Positions 25,901 through 59,409 of a stretch of DNA of 64,000 bases are shown here, one piece after another. Both the position numbers and the translations under genes were made by a program. The notes below the pieces were generated by a model. The model saw nothing but the letters and a program-made list of their open reading frames with translations. It made no database searches and was not told where the DNA came from. This DNA comes from Tubiluchus corallicola. Lineage: Eukaryota; Animalia; Priapulida. The DNA lies in contig JAQGDQ010000074.1 of the NCBI GenBank assembly GCA_030141605.1, positions 648,972 through 712,971 of the forward strand, in the 5' to 3' direction. How positions within the stretch are numbered: the first letter of the stretch is position 1; each line of letters begins with the position of its first letter.

Positions 25901-26562
25901 AAATTGAAGGTGTATAGAGCTGTCGTCATCACATCTCTCCTCTATGCCAGTGAATCCTGGACATTATATAGGAGATATGTAAAACAGCTTAACCACTTTC
26001 ACATGGGCTGTCTGAGAAAAATCCTGCACATTAAGTGGCAGGACAAGGTGCCAGACACAGAGGTACTTAAAAGAGCTGACCTCCCCAGCATCCATACACT
26101 CCTCCTAAAAACACAAGTTCGGTGGGCAGGACATGTGATTCGCATGCCAGACAATCACATACCAAAGAAGAAGCTCTATGGAGAACTTGTGTCTGGAAAG
26201 AGAAAGGTTGGACGACCAACTCACTCCAGGAGCTCAGCATGGATATCCGCTCAACGGAAACCCTTGCACAAGATCGCTCAGCATGGCGGAGTGCCATCAT
26301 CACAGGGGCTACGACAGCAGAGGCGAAAAGAATTGAGGAGGCAGAGGAGAAGCTCAGGAGACGCAAGGCATGTGACACTGCCCAACAACAGGTCCAAACA
26401 CCCAGCCTCACCTGTGCCAAATGCCAAAGAAGTTTCCAGGCCAGAATTGGCCTAGTCAGTCACCTTCGAGCTCATCAAAGGAATGACAACCCCCAAACTG
26501 ACCTTTTATCCCTGTCACCATGGTCATCTTCGATTCAAAGGACAAACATCACATCACATCAC
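22973..26562 (+). mobile_element. Near full-length RTE-clade non-LTR retrotransposon (APE endonuclease, RT, C-terminal C2H2), inactivated by frameshifts
   Basis: APE motifs LGAWNVRTL, ALSETR, SAYAPT, LGDFN, IDY and TDH; RT motifs ESQCGFR, FIDLTKAF, GVKQGCVLAP and LFADD; C-terminal CAKCQRSFQARIGLVSHLRAH. RTE-type GC-rich 5'UTR from about 22973 and a (CATCA)n tail near 26547-26562. At least four frameshifts. Confidence 0.95.
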
Positions 26563-26583
26563 AATCAATTTATTTCACTCCAG

Positions 26584-26616
<33 letters not shown>

Positions 26617-26637
26617 AGACATCAACATACAATATAA

Positions 26638-26950
26638 CTAGAAAAAACTATGAGGTAAAAAATCATTGATCAAATCAAATTAACCAAATAAATGAACTGC
26701 TGTATGACACCCTGAAAATGTGGCTTGTAAGGCATCACGAATGTGAATGAGTGAATAAAAGCATGGTTAGGGTTAGTAGATATGATGGAATGTATATATG
26801 TACATATATATATTAGAAAAAGCTACATAGGGAAAAATCATTGATGAAATCAAATTAACCAAATAAATGAACTGCTGTATGGCACATTGAAAACATGGCG
26901 TCATGAATGTGTATAAAAGAATAGTTAGGGTAAGTAGACATGATGGAATG
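26638..26950. repeat. Imperfect tandem duplication, about 175-bp unit
   Basis: AAAAATCATTGATNAAATCAAATTAACCAAATAAATGAACTGCTGTATG...GTTAGGGT(T/A)AGTAGANATGATGGAATG occurs twice. Confidence 0.75.
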
Positions 26951-27530
26951 GGAAATAGTATGGTTGCTGATAGAAGGAAGGGAGGGAGGAAACGACCGCA
27001 GTGTATGTTTTAAATTACGTAGCGCTATGTAGTATAATTCTAAGTAATGGGAAGCCAGCCACTGCGAGGGACACGCATGGGAGTATCAGGATTGCATTAT
27101 AAGTATGAGACAAGGGTGGTTCTTTTCAAGTAATTTTTGAAACTATAGACAGTTTGTATATTTTTACTTGGCACTTACTGTATTTTATTTGAGTTTTTTA
27201 GGTTCAAATTTGATTCGAACCAAAACTATAGATTCGAATAATTCAGCACTTCAGCCAAACACGTTCTTTATCATTAAAATGTCTGATCTGATAACTGCAT
27301 CAGAAACTTTTTATTGATTGGTATAATCATGATGTATTCAAAATGATAAATTTGTTCAAGGCCATGCAGATTTTTCAGCCTGAACATACATACTGTGGCT
27401 CAGAAAAACACAATTAGCCTTTGCACATCAGACTAATAAAATAATGACTCATGTCTCAACCGCAGTGCACACACACACACTGCACAAATTTTTTAGCTAC
27501 ATGTGTTCATAAAGTCATTTGAGTTTAACT

Positions 27531-28267
27531 CAGGGCCAGCTCTATATCTAGGTAAACTAGACAGTTGTCTAAGGTGCCAAATTCTGGAATTCTTTAATTT
27601 TCAAGTTTAGCATAAGTAATAATTTATAGTGCCTATGTAATTGCTTAAGTGCACAATAATTTATTTAAGTGAAACAATAGTTTACCTGTGTTATTTTCCT
27701 TGATGAACACTTTCTACTTTTGCTTTATCTAGTTTCCCAATATTATGCAATTCACTCAGACACTACTGAAATGTTACTCTGCTTTTACCCACAGTTTCAT
27801 TTGTATGGCATGTATGCATAGAGCAGTAGAACTATATAAGTGCTTATATGTAGTAATGATCCTTCCGTTAATAAAAAAATTTCTTACAATAGCACTTAAC
27901 TAATTATAAGAATCGAAGTCTTCAGGAGTGGAATACAGGAAATGAAAAGTAAAAAAGCTGGTGGATATTGAAGTATGCAACCAGACCAGAGTTAAAGCTG
28001 TGAAGATGATGAAGCAAGTGAAATGGATTACTTTTGAAGACCCAGAATGTACAATGGATCATAAATTCAATTTTAATTTTAACCAACAGATCCGAAACTG
28101 CAGATATAGGCAATAAACTACACTTAATTAGTGCACTATAATACATATATAAGTTTAACACACAGATATCATTATACTTTATTAATTATGATATTATACA
28201 AGAAAAATTTAATTAAAAATTAAAAATACTTTTGCCTAGGATGTCAAATTACCTAGAGACAGCCCTG
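27531..28267. mobile_element. Non-autonomous hAT-type element
   Basis: Imperfect TIRs CAGGGCCAGCTCTA / TAGAGACAGCCCTG (11/14) flanked by an 8-bp TSD GTTTAACT / GTTTAACC (7/8). Confidence 0.7.
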
Positions 28268-29189
28268 GTTTAACCTTTTTTTCACTTAAGGTACATATTA
28301 TGACAGACTCACAAAAAAACCATTTTTTTAAATACAAGACATAATGCATGCACGTAAACTGAAGATGAAAATGAAAATAGGATAAGGATGAAAGGTTACA
28401 ATAGATGATGAGACACTGAGCTGACTTGGGCCTGGTTAATAAATGAAATTTCTTTCACTAAGAGAAAAGACATATATTTGAAAGGCAGCTGATTTAATTT
28501 GGTATCTGATATTCATGCTTTGTAGTTTACTAGCTAATGTCCTACCACAACTATTCAACATTAGCAGGCTTGGCAGCATTAGTTATTAAGAGCTATATTC
28601 CGGTTTGCAGAATTGTATAAAATACAATTTGTAGAACTTGAACAGCTAATCAACTGTTAAATATTATACACAAAGAAAATTTTAAATAATACTTCAGTGT
28701 AACCAAATAATGCTTAGGAGGCCTACACATGATAGTAACTAACAATGCTGTAGCAACAGCATGTCACAGCAACATGGTAGTATCATGCTCAGTTTGCAAC
28801 TGGTAACTCATAAATTCAATAACTGGATGAATTATACAATAGACAGAATGATACTGATCACTGGATCTTTCACAAAATTTATAGGTTTTGAAGTAAAAAA
28901 GGCTTCTTGAAAATAAGTACGCGTATATTAAGTGACACTACACCATGTACTAAGGAAGCTATAAATGATGAAATTTAAAATATTATAGTAAAGGTGTTAT
29001 CCTAAAGAGTGCTAGTTAAATGAACAAAACTCAGTTCGTTTTAGAACAAATGAAAGTTTAAACAAGTGAAAAAACTCTGAAAGATTTAGACAACAAAGGT
29101 CACAATATTATGGAAGCAGCTGTCATATGTCAAATAGTTGGAAAGGACTGGCAGCTTCACATCACTCTGGAATGATTTCACATTTTCCA

Positions 29190-34743
<5,554 letters not shown>

Positions 34744-35162
34744 ACCTGAAGCACAAAAGGAATGCAGGCAATTAAGTAGTCCAAAATGATGTTTTAAATT
34801 AAAACTTCACAGTTTTCATCACGATTTTGGTAACTAACCAACGCAATCTCACAAATTGTGTAAATTTAACCGCCAGTAACTTCACACAGCGTTCGATTCA
34901 AATTAAGTCAAACTACGTATTTTTACTCGGGAACAATAATATTTAAGCGAAAATGTCTTTGGTCCTGCAATGACTACAGCCATTCAAATTAATGATTTAG
35001 TTAACTACAAAATAATTGATTATCCAAATATCCGTTTATTCGGATAAATGTTTCAAAAAGACACCGACAGACACCATCAACTTATTTTTTAATGTAACCC
35101 TGGAGCATCAACAGAAGTAGTAACTGAGATTTAAAGTTAACATACACAGTGATACTCTAAAC

Positions 35163-35486
35163 CAGTGGTTCCCAAAGTAGGGGTAAATTACCCCCCGAGG
35201 GTAATATGTTTTTGGGGGGGGGGGGGGGTAACGGGGACACCCCTCTGAAAATTTTTAAAACTTCGCTCGGAATACATTTTACGTAGTTTTCTTCTTGAAG
35301 AGACTGCCTACAACAATAACACCTGGAAATTATTAATGTCACGAGCAAACATAAATAATTTTGCTTGCTTGTGGCATATACGTGTGTTTACTTTTTGAGT
35401 TGGAGAAGTAGTACTAGGTGGGGGGTAATGGACACGACCGGGTTTCCCGATTTGGGTAACGGTCCGAGAAAGTTTGGAAACCACTG
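35163..35486. mobile_element. hAT (Charlie/MER5-like) MITE, 324 bp
   Basis: TIRs CAGTGGTTCCCAAA / TTTGGAAACCACTG (13/14) with a perfect 8-bp TSD CTCTAAAC at 35155-35162 and 35487-35494. Confidence 0.92.
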
Positions 35487-37414
35487 CTCTAAACGCATTA
35501 AGCACTAGGAAGCATGCAGTGCGCGCTTTTTAGCTTTATTTTCTTGTTTTAAGTAATTACATTGACTGTCAGCATTCAATTTATCTCGACTGTTTCTGTT
35601 AATTAAATTTAGCCTTTATTTCAGTTTCCGCGAAATATAATTATATCCCGCACATAAATTATATAAATCTTGTTGACAATAATAAGCATTTTTAATTCAA
35701 CAAGATTATTAGGCCTTACTATAAAATTAATAGTATATAATTGTAACTAAGTATGTGAATATTCTTATAAAATAATTATTGAAAGGCAGATTATTACTGT
35801 TACAATACAGCGTGTAGTTGCTTTTAAATTGAAAGCGATATGATTTAGCCTATGATTAACTGATTCAGTCGGATTATTCCATGCGCTCCTTCCGATTAAA
35901 ATACAAATTTTAATTGTTTAGCTTAAGCCATGAAAGCTTTTAGTAATGTTTCATTCTGGGAACATCTTCTGGATAAGTGGGACTCAAGTTAAAGAGTTTT
36001 TGATGGGTCAAACAATTCCGGAGCAAACTGAATTTGTTTTTCAAAGCATTTTGCGTTTCAAAACATAAGAAATGATTACGCCTAATTGTAATAGATAAAA
36101 GAACTGATAAAAATAACACTTGGTGAAAACCAATATTATAGCAAGCACATAATATTTCCACAAAATCTCTCGAAAAACGTCGTTAATTATAGATCCATTG
36201 TGAAGCGGTCTAAAAGATGGCTGATACTAAAGTTAATACATGTGCGCAATTTATCTTGCAAATAAGAATTTCCATAGACCATTTTACAAAACTCGCCAAA
36301 ATATTTTAAAACATACTGGCCTACGCTGATGCTGTTTTTGAAAACGTCTTTGAGATGTTATGAAAATGTGTGTTTGCTGAAATCTACATTAAATGCTTAA
36401 TCAAGGCTCTAACTTGGTGTGTGAATGGTTTAAATTCGTGTACCAGGTGCTCCTGCTACAGTTTGATGGCAATGATAATGGCAAAGATTACAAATATGAT
36501 GATTCAGCTACTGCACGTTATTATAATTAAGTTACCTGTTCATGTCGTTTGGTAAATTTGCTTTTGTACATTACTGTTGGCAACATTTTGTTGCTTCTGT
36601 TTTTTAACACTGCTTGGTTATCGTCGTCAGCTGCAGTGGTTGACTAAAATTAGTTAGTACCAACTTCTTTGCCACAGATATTATTGTTGTGTTTTGTTTG
36701 TATCTTAACCATCATCACCATCAGTCATTACCATCACCACCGCCATTATTATCATCATTGTCGTAACATATTACTATCATAAGAACATCATCATTAGGTC
36801 GTTCGTCATCATGTGATCAGTTACACAGCCATTGTTGGCCATATTTAGACTGTGTTCTTTTTCAATATCATTATCATTACCATTACATTATATATCACTA
36901 TCATTATCATTATCTATCATTATCATTATCATACAAGAGCAGGCTCGTTTTGTTCTACCATTTACCTAAATTTCATCACAATTTCGTCTTTGCAAGTCAT
37001 TCTCGTCTGTAATTGTTCTATGTGCTAATGCAAGTTACGTAATAGAACCAACTTAAGTTACCAATAGCCCGCTCCTTGTAATCTCTATTCAAAATCTGGT
37101 GGGACACCCGTGGTTGTAAACCCGATTCAGTTCTTTTTCCCTGTTGCCAAGTTCATTTCCAGTGCCAGAAGGGTGTGGAAAGTGTATTAGTTTAAAGCTT
37201 TTGTGATGTTCTGCATTTTAGTGTATGATTAATGTATTTGCCAAGAAAAGCCCGAAATGTTTATAGTTTAAACAAGAGCAGGAAGCCCTCACGCGATAGT
37301 TCTTATTTGACTTTGTCATCGTCATTGGCTTCATCAGCTAGTGAAATATAGCTGAACTTCAGAAACTTAATCACTGCCTTAACAAATTTGCCATCACAGG
37401 TGTACCTGATCAGA

Positions 37415-46874
<9,460 letters not shown>

Positions 46875-47695
46875 GATGACCATGCACATGGTTCACAACG
46901 AGCGAAGTGTTCTTAAACCTGATGATGCTTCAGGCAAAATAACATTTGCATCGTCCATGATTATTACTGCGGAATGTTTGTGACAAAGTAAAATTTATAA
47001 TTAGTAATTTAATTGTAATATTTAGTAGTCTTAGACGTTTTGTATAATAACTAGGATGTATACAGAATGAATATAGTGACTTTGGCAAAGCGTAAAATGA
47101 AGGTAATTTATGTTAACTCCGAACAGTTCCTAGATTTTTTTATACAATACCTAGGCGTTGTACAGAATGTGTCAAACGGTTGTGTCAACTTATTAAATTA
47201 AGTAAACATTTCAGTTTTACCCGTGAGTTATTGTTTATTGGCGAAACATCCTAAAAATAAAATCCTGAAAAGAAAAATAGAACTTATTGGAAACAAGTAT
47301 ATGACGGTCAAAAAGTAGAATATGAGATCGTACAAACGAGAACTATAAAAATCAAAAACAAAAACCTGTTTCATAACTAACACAACTTGTTTATTAACAT
47401 AGTTATTGACCAGGAACGAGATGATTATTATTATTAATTATTGATTATGTACTAGGAACGCATTACAAGCACTAACAATGACATTAATTAAGAACAGGGG
47501 GAAATTAAATTTAATGGGTAAGTTTGCTGGCAACCAGTTTATCAGCTAATAAAGAAATAGTGAAGTAAATATAAAAAATGAATTGGCCTCTCTTTTGCAA
47601 CAAGAGCAATTTGCGTAACGAGTACATAAATGCAGAAACAGAGTAACTGATAAAATACTGTGCAAAAAAGTAACAGAGAATTAAGAGAAAAGTGT

Positions 47696-49030
47696 TTACT
47701 TGTTACAACAGGTAGAGCTGGAGTGGCATTTCGAATTACAACGTATATTCTTCTTAACACAGAAACATTTCATGGTTTGGGGGTTTGTCTTACACATGCA
47801 TCTTACAAATCCTTGTCCATTTCCAACAGACTGCTCAGCTGATGTTGCTCTCAACGATACTTCTTTATCTAATACAACATCTTCTACTGCCACCAGGGCA
47901 TCTTACATGCAGTAAACTGGGACCTTGGGTATAGTTGTTTCAAAACCCAGTTTGTCGCACCCAGCTTATAAAAGTTATCACTTATCAAATCAACCACAAC
48001 AGCTAAAATATTTCGTGTATTTGTTTGTCCTCTGTCAACGTCAAGCATAGGAATCCGAACTATCGTGCCTCTTTCAATAGGTAGGAACTTCTGATCTGAT
48101 AACCCTTTCATTTTTCTTTGATGTTCCAAATTTCGCCATGTATCTTGTTGATTACTAGAAGTATTCATTTATAATGTGCATAGAACGGGTCCACAGTAAC
48201 GTTTCTCTTTTTCCGCTGGAATTGTGCCACATCTGACATGTATGTAGCAGTTACATTCTGGACACTGGATATCATTCATCCATGTGGATGACATATTTTA
48301 CATTGCTTTTGATTGTAACGCGGCTTGGGTTAGTGAAACTCCATGTGCAATTTCAAGTTGAGGACAATAATCCTTGAGGCTTGTAAATATTCTGTTAGCA
48401 AATTCTCTTCCATTGTCTGATTGTAAAATAGATGGATCTTCTATAGGTATAAAAGTGTCAAGCAAGTTGTAAGCTGCTTCTGGATCCTTTTGTTTTGAGT
48501 GGCTTCAGAATCTCGAATTTTGTAAGATAGTGTTGATACAAAAGAATAAATTTGTTTGTAATCTCCATTTAGACGCGTCTGAAAATCGTTCGTGTCAAAT
48601 TGACAACGAGAATTGAATTCAGAGCAAAGCAAAAACTTAACAGCAACTCCTTTGTTTGAACATTTTAGCTTCTGTTGACATGTTTCACTTATTTAAATGA
48701 ATAGTTCAGCATTTTGACGAGCGTTGTTCTTGTACGTACGTGGGAGTTCTTTCATCATACGATCTCGCCCTTCATGCCCAATTGACAAGTGCGTTTCACG
48801 AAGTATGTCAAACTGTTCACATTTTGGCACATAGAACTGCACCACAGCATTTCCTTCTTGAACAGGAACTATAAGTTTGCCTTTTTGTTGGACAACCATC
48901 ACATCATGTTTCTTCAATAGACATTAATCACGAGGATGTCTTTTCTCCCTGACTTTTGAATCATTCACATCGTTGATTAATTGCTGGTATTTCTCGTCTA
49001 GTAGTGTTCTTGGCTGTGTTTGCTTGTCTT
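47696..49030 (-). mobile_element. Decayed KRBA2/SCAND3-like (Ginger-related) integrase-type transposase
   Basis: Fragments FDILRETHLSIGHEGRDRMMKEL (H2C2 region), SEFNSRCQ, ILQSDNGREF (read near 48400-48430), VRIPMLDVDRGQTNTRNILAVV and the C-terminal Cys cluster CMCKT..CFCVKKNIRCNSKCHSSSTCCNK*. Multiple frameshifts; termini not identified. Confidence 0.8.
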
Positions 49031-49754
49031 ACTTCTAATTTTGAGTAAAATATTTCTTTCAAAGTAAGTCCTGTACTTCTGTCTTCATCTTTTTACCTAT
49101 TTTCTTTGTACGAACACAAAACACAACTCTTCTACAGCGCACAACAATTGTAAATGAAACAATCATACTTACTTAAAATGCATTTATCACACAAATTCGC
49201 AAGCACGTTAAAACGAATTAGGGTAAAAAAAATCACAAAAAAGTCACAGGGAAAAAGAAATTGGCATTATACAAAACTATATCAGAACAACCATTGTTTT
49301 TTGACTAAATTTTATTGAACATTATTTAAAATGGCGAAGAAAAGTAGCTTCGAAACTTAAGAATTACGGTACTTTGCCACAACAAACTTTTGCGCTATAC
49401 GTAATGTTTAGGAAAAGCGTAAAAAACTTTCAGACACTTTACCTGTTTTTTTCTGGTACTCTATCAAATGCAGAACGCCCGATTTATACTTTGCCTGCAA
49501 CATAAAAATGCAGTATGCGAAAGCTAGAAAGTGACCCTATAATTATTTCCTGCCATTTCAAACGTCTTGAAGTTGCATTTTTGACGATGAATTGGAAGGA
49601 ACATACAAATGAAAGCGCAAAAACCTCGATGTTCTCGATGTCATTTGGAGGGGCATTACGACGCTCGTGTATTAAATCTTTATGATTTTTAAGAAAATGA
49701 ATCGTTGCATCAATGACAAGTGTTTTCCGCCAGGCAATATTATGGTGCCTTTTA

Positions 49755-49935
<181 letters not shown>

Positions 49936-52553
49936 TATCTTTACTATTACATGCCTCGTCCATGCTACTGGCATTTCCGAAAAGGCCACTTCTTTTTAGT
50001 TTAATAAATATACCTTAAATAAATAAAGTTTCAAATGTCAATTGCTTTTGCAAGTAAATTATTATAAACTTGATTTTCCGGTTGTCTACTTATGTTAAGA
50101 ACTAACAAAAAATATCTAGCCCTATTGTGCCATAATTAGAGTCATCTTTGGCCACCATCCAACCGGAAAATACAATGGTTAAATCTCTGTTGAAAAATCA
50201 AGGCCTAAACTATGAGCTTGCATAGTTAGAGACAAAACCACGTGCTTTTCGAAGGTCTTCGATGTTTGTACACATATTCCTGCTTTTTTTCCATAGAACG
50301 CTTTCAATGTTTTCTGATGGTTTTTGGAAAGACAAATAAGTCTTCAAAAACGCAACAATTTTTTCAATAATTTTTGATCAGAGTTTTTACACATAGGTTA
50401 TGTTGCGTATTCTTGCAAAAATGTTGGGAGAAACGGAAGCCATAAGACAAAAATACATATACCTGAAAACACTAGTAACAATGAAATATATTTTTGGAAT
50501 ATAAATTTATTACTTGAAAATACTACTGTTCGTTTTTGTTGAAGCAGTATATATAATACAAACAAAACTCCATACTTAAAATTAATTTTGTCTACTATAA
50601 TTTACAAACGGTGCAAATAATAACAATAATTTTATATTGAGGTTTAGTAAACGATAATAATGTTATTTGCACCGTGATTAACAACAATATTTTTTTTGTT
50701 TTTTAAATATTTAGTAATGAAGTTTGCACTTTACAGATTGCTTTTCGTCCTGGAGCTATCTAAACGTAGCACAGATATTTAATGACGGCAGTGATGATGG
50801 TGTTGATGATGATGATGATGATGATGATCATAATAACGATGATGGTTAATTGACAACAATAGTAATAGTGACCACACTTACGACACTTACGCTTAATACT
50901 GATAAGTTTTTCATTAATCAAATTACATTTCATCATAACGATCGAAATAACAAATACAGTAGTGTATATAACTGCTGCTGTCTGCAGTTAAATCTTAAAT
51001 TATTTAGAAAGTGCTCTTGTTCTCCAAATCATAATGTAAATCAACCAAACAGAGAAACGATCAGGAACCACACAATTAAGCAAAATTAAGTAAATTCAAG
51101 CACACAAAATATATATAAGTCTAGAAAATGTTCTTTACGGCAGCTTTGTCATTCTTTTAGACACCAAGACAAAAGTACAAAATGCTTTTATTATACATCT
51201 TGAATCATCAAACATGAGACCAAAGTCACAAAAAACACAATAGTTTAATAGAACTATGCATTATTAGCTTATATATTACTCATATATTACAAATAATATA
51301 ATTCGATACTTTCTTAACATAAAGGTCATTCAGTAACTGATAATGCTAGCTGTCTCAAAATCATCTTGATTCTTTTCATCCACTGATGTCATCAATGAAG
51401 CTTCGAAGAATTCTTGCAATCTACGTTGGTGGTTATCCTTGATAAGGTTATCTTCGCTTGCCTGATCTTCCCTTGGACCAGCTTCAGTGGTATTCTCCAG
51501 CTGATCGTTTACGTTCCCTGTAACAATTTGTTCAATGTAAGCGCCTTTTTGATGCCAGAACAAGACGTACAAGCGCGAGACGTACCGCCCCAAAACAGCT
51601 AAATTTCGAAGAATTATGGTAGCATTATTTATCCAATTACAGCATAGTAATTTACTGTAAACAAAATATTGTTAGGCTTTAGAGCTATTTTGCATAAAAA
51701 CTCGTATCTGTTTGTACAATTAAACACTTCGTTGTTAACACATGTACTTCGTCCTTCTCATTGACAACATTAGTATGGCTCAAATGTATGGGTGCAGCGA
51801 TATGGAAGGCACTCTTCAAAAAAGGGAATAACTGGTGGTTCATAAGCAGTAGGCCAAACAACCTGATGAAAAATCCTCGATTTTTTAAATTTTTTGCAAA
51901 GGCTTTTCCAGTGAATGGAAAACGACGGAAAATAATTATACAAATATAGATTGGTATTCATTTTGTAAAATTTTCGTTTCTCATCTTTTATAAGTACCAA
52001 CAATAACATTCAAATGTGTCCAAAACCATGTGTGTCCATAGTGAGCCGCAGCATTTTTTTCCACCTGGGAAAAACCGACTGGGCCAGAGCCATAAGGGTC
52101 AGGAATCACTCAGTTAAATTGTCTTTTGTTTTTCTTCCACTAGATTTGGCGCCAGTTCTTGGTTTTATTCGTTAGTTTTAATTTTTCGCAGTGACAAAAA
52201 GTTAGAAAATAGCATGTAAAGTTTCTGAAATTTGTGGCACCAACACTTAATACCGAAGCGCTAACATAGCCGAAACTCAGCAGTAAAAGACTTGGACTGA
52301 TGAAGTTAATGAATTTTGAATTAAAATCTTTCCTAAAGATTGTGTAACCTGTTTTTGTTAAAAAATCACTAAAATCATAACTTAGACTGTGGCACAAACT
52401 TGTGGAAGATAGATGATTTATGGCACAAAAGAAAATGGTTATGGTGGGAACCGAAAATGGTAATAATAATAAAAGCAGATAATTGGTTATACTGAGAGCC
52501 TATCAGAAATTTGGCACTGAATCAATAATCGTAATAATTATAACTAGAATCAC

Positions 52554-56574
<4,021 letters not shown>

Positions 56575-59409
56575 CTGAAAATTTAGAAATAAATTTGTTT
56601 AAAAAATTCAAGTTTAATGTTTAATAGTAAAATATTACTTCGGCGAACGCAGTACAAGTAAACAGAATTCATCAATACTGACAACAAACACAAAAGCGAC
56701 ACCTCCATACATGATTGTCTCTGTGCAATTTTCTAAATGAGATGCCATGCCGAAATATCAGATCTATGCATATCTTTACGTTTTCAAAGACTTTTTAGCA
56801 ATAATAAAGGTACGAAACAGATTCCAAGCAGAAGCAGCTACAAAAAATCTCGAAAAGTGCAATACAATAAATTTTGTTACAGTTTTATGAGTATTTTGGA
56901 ACTTGGCCCTAGCAGTAGACTTAATTTTAAACATATACTTTTATAGAGAAATCTGAAATAAAGTAACGATTAATCAATTTGCCTTGCTTCATTCAGAGCT
57001 ATGCATTAGTCTACGGGCAGAAGTTGCAAGAAAGTGGTGCACAGAGATGAAGCGAACGCACTTCTCTGCAAGAATTCCCCCTCAGGCCCGGAAGCTGACG
57101 TAGAAAGGTAGCTCAGGAACAAAATATTTTCTGCGGAAAGCATTCTTGATTGTGGGCTTCAAAGTTGTTCCTGTCCTCTATTAAAGCAAACTGATGACTG
57201 AGCGCTTCTGTATTAATAATAGTCTTCGAGATAATGCAGCTATTGCGTAGACATGTCAACCAATTGTGATATTAATATTCAGTGGTAGGGATGCGCCTAA
57301 TTTGTTATTGTAAGAACATCGCCCCAGTATTTGTATTGTATGGTGTCTTGACGTCACAGACGGCGTCACTGCCTTCATTTAGACAAAGAGAAGAGGACAT
57401 GGCCATCGATATTAAATACGTCTTAAACATGGTTTTGTGCTTGCAATAGATCAAAAAATATATTTAATGCTATTATTGTTAATGCTAATATTCAGCTCAG
57501 TGTATGAGAACTTTGAGAATAAAATTATATTTCTGTCAGTTAATCTTCCCTGGTCTTCATCAATCCAAGCAGAATGTCGTCAATACCACACGACATAACC
57601 AGAAAATTCCAACAATGAACAACAACATAGAATCAGTATTTATTTGCTGTTTGCCAAAGTTAATTACTTTAAATAAATATGTTTATATAAATAAACTTAT
57701 AATCGATTAAATAATAAAAGAACAGGCCTAACATTACAATTGCTATTCTCTGCTAAGCCGAAAGGTAGTGCTTTAGCAAACTATATTCTTGATAATTATC
57801 TTTCTTATCAAAGTAAATAATTACGTCGAGGATTCTGCAGGCAGTGCCTTCGTGATAATCGCAATGTTGCATAAGACACGGTAAATTATCTGGTATTTTG
57901 ACAAGCCACTAATGCAAGTGCTCCCGGACACCAATAAGTCATAAGCAAATACCTAATTATGAACTATTGCTCTATATTGTTTCCTTTCTGAGTTTGGATC
58001 AATTATAATGAAGCAGTCATACCAAAGTTTCATTACAGTTCTACTAACTACGTCAGAAACAGCGCTACTATAACTTCGTTGCGCAGCAATAAATAATGGA
58101 ATAAATTTACTCGATCATTATTAAGTGTAGACCAGCGAAAGTGGTAAATGCGCCAATTTATGAAAAACCATTTTGCGCGTTATTGGACGTTTGGCCCAAT
58201 AAAGCTGTATATCCATAATAAAAATGGAACGTTGTACAGCCTGATACAGTTATGCTTGGTGCACATTATTAATTCAGGCATTCTTGTTATAAATACGATC
58301 ACAGTTCTCAAAGGAGCAATGTTATAACGTTTTGTAAATCAGCGATGTATTGACGATCACAGCAACAGTTTCACATTCAGTTCTTCAGTTAATAGCACTT
58401 TTCTATAGCACTTTTACGCAGTATTCTATGCCCCCAGCAGTATTCTACATCTGAATTACAGTTTTAATAAATAATACAATTCTATTCAATCATCTTGTAT
58501 ATTCAATCATTTCAATCTAATGCAATGCCAATCTAAAGTTTCTTTTCACTATTATTTTGATACTAAAGTTAATTTTTTTGTATCATATACAATTTTATTC
58601 TGTATTACGATTGCAGTCTCTCTAAAATTTATTTAAATGACTGTGTGCTAACTATGTATAGCATTTTTGATTATTTTATATGATCTAATATTGTATAAAA
58701 GTTCTGGTGGTGAGTCCTTCTTGTATCATTTTAATATTGCATGTACTTATAATTTTAATATTTTAACTTGCACTTTGTGGAATTGCTACTATAATTTGCA
58801 GTTTTTTGCAACAAACGCATTTGCCATTAAACAATGTTGGTTTTTAATCATTATCACTGAATGATGAATTTGATTTTATTGTTTTATTTGGCAAATAAAT
58901 ATATACGAAGTTTCTATATATTCTCACAGACATGTCATGCAGGCCTATATCTTTGAAAACCCGGCAGATCAGTCCTCATGATTGTTGAACCCCGTATTAC
59001 CAATGCATATTATATCCGTCTGTGTGAAGCTGTTTGCAGAACTGGTGAACTAGCCATACAAATATCTGTGTAACTCACAGTCATGTGAAGTTGTGTAGAA
59101 TCACTCAAAAGACATGCTAGTTCGCGGAAATGACCTCAGTTTGTCAAATAAAGGATAATTTTGACACTCGGCGCGCTAGTCTGAATTCGGTAATTACATA
59201 AAATTATAGATTTTCAACGTTAGCTTTATATACATGAAACGTAAATATATGCACAAAATAGTATTATTTTAGAAAAGAATCCCATGCAATATGCGTGTTT
59301 GACGATAACTATAATATGTTGAACCTTGAGGAAAGTAATATAGCGTTACTTATAGCTCAACCTTATAATGTAAACGTTTGTCTAAATTATATAAAAAACT
59401 TCTACTTAC

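Noticed and set aside
26765-26935. GGTTAGGGTTAG telomere-like repeats
   Set aside because: Only 1-2 units inside a duplicated repeat fragment; not an interstitial telomeric array.
46918-46945. CTGATGA-TGC-TTCAG-GCA-AAA hammerhead-like motif after the P450 stop
   Set aside because: The essential GAAA is absent and stems I and III were not found.
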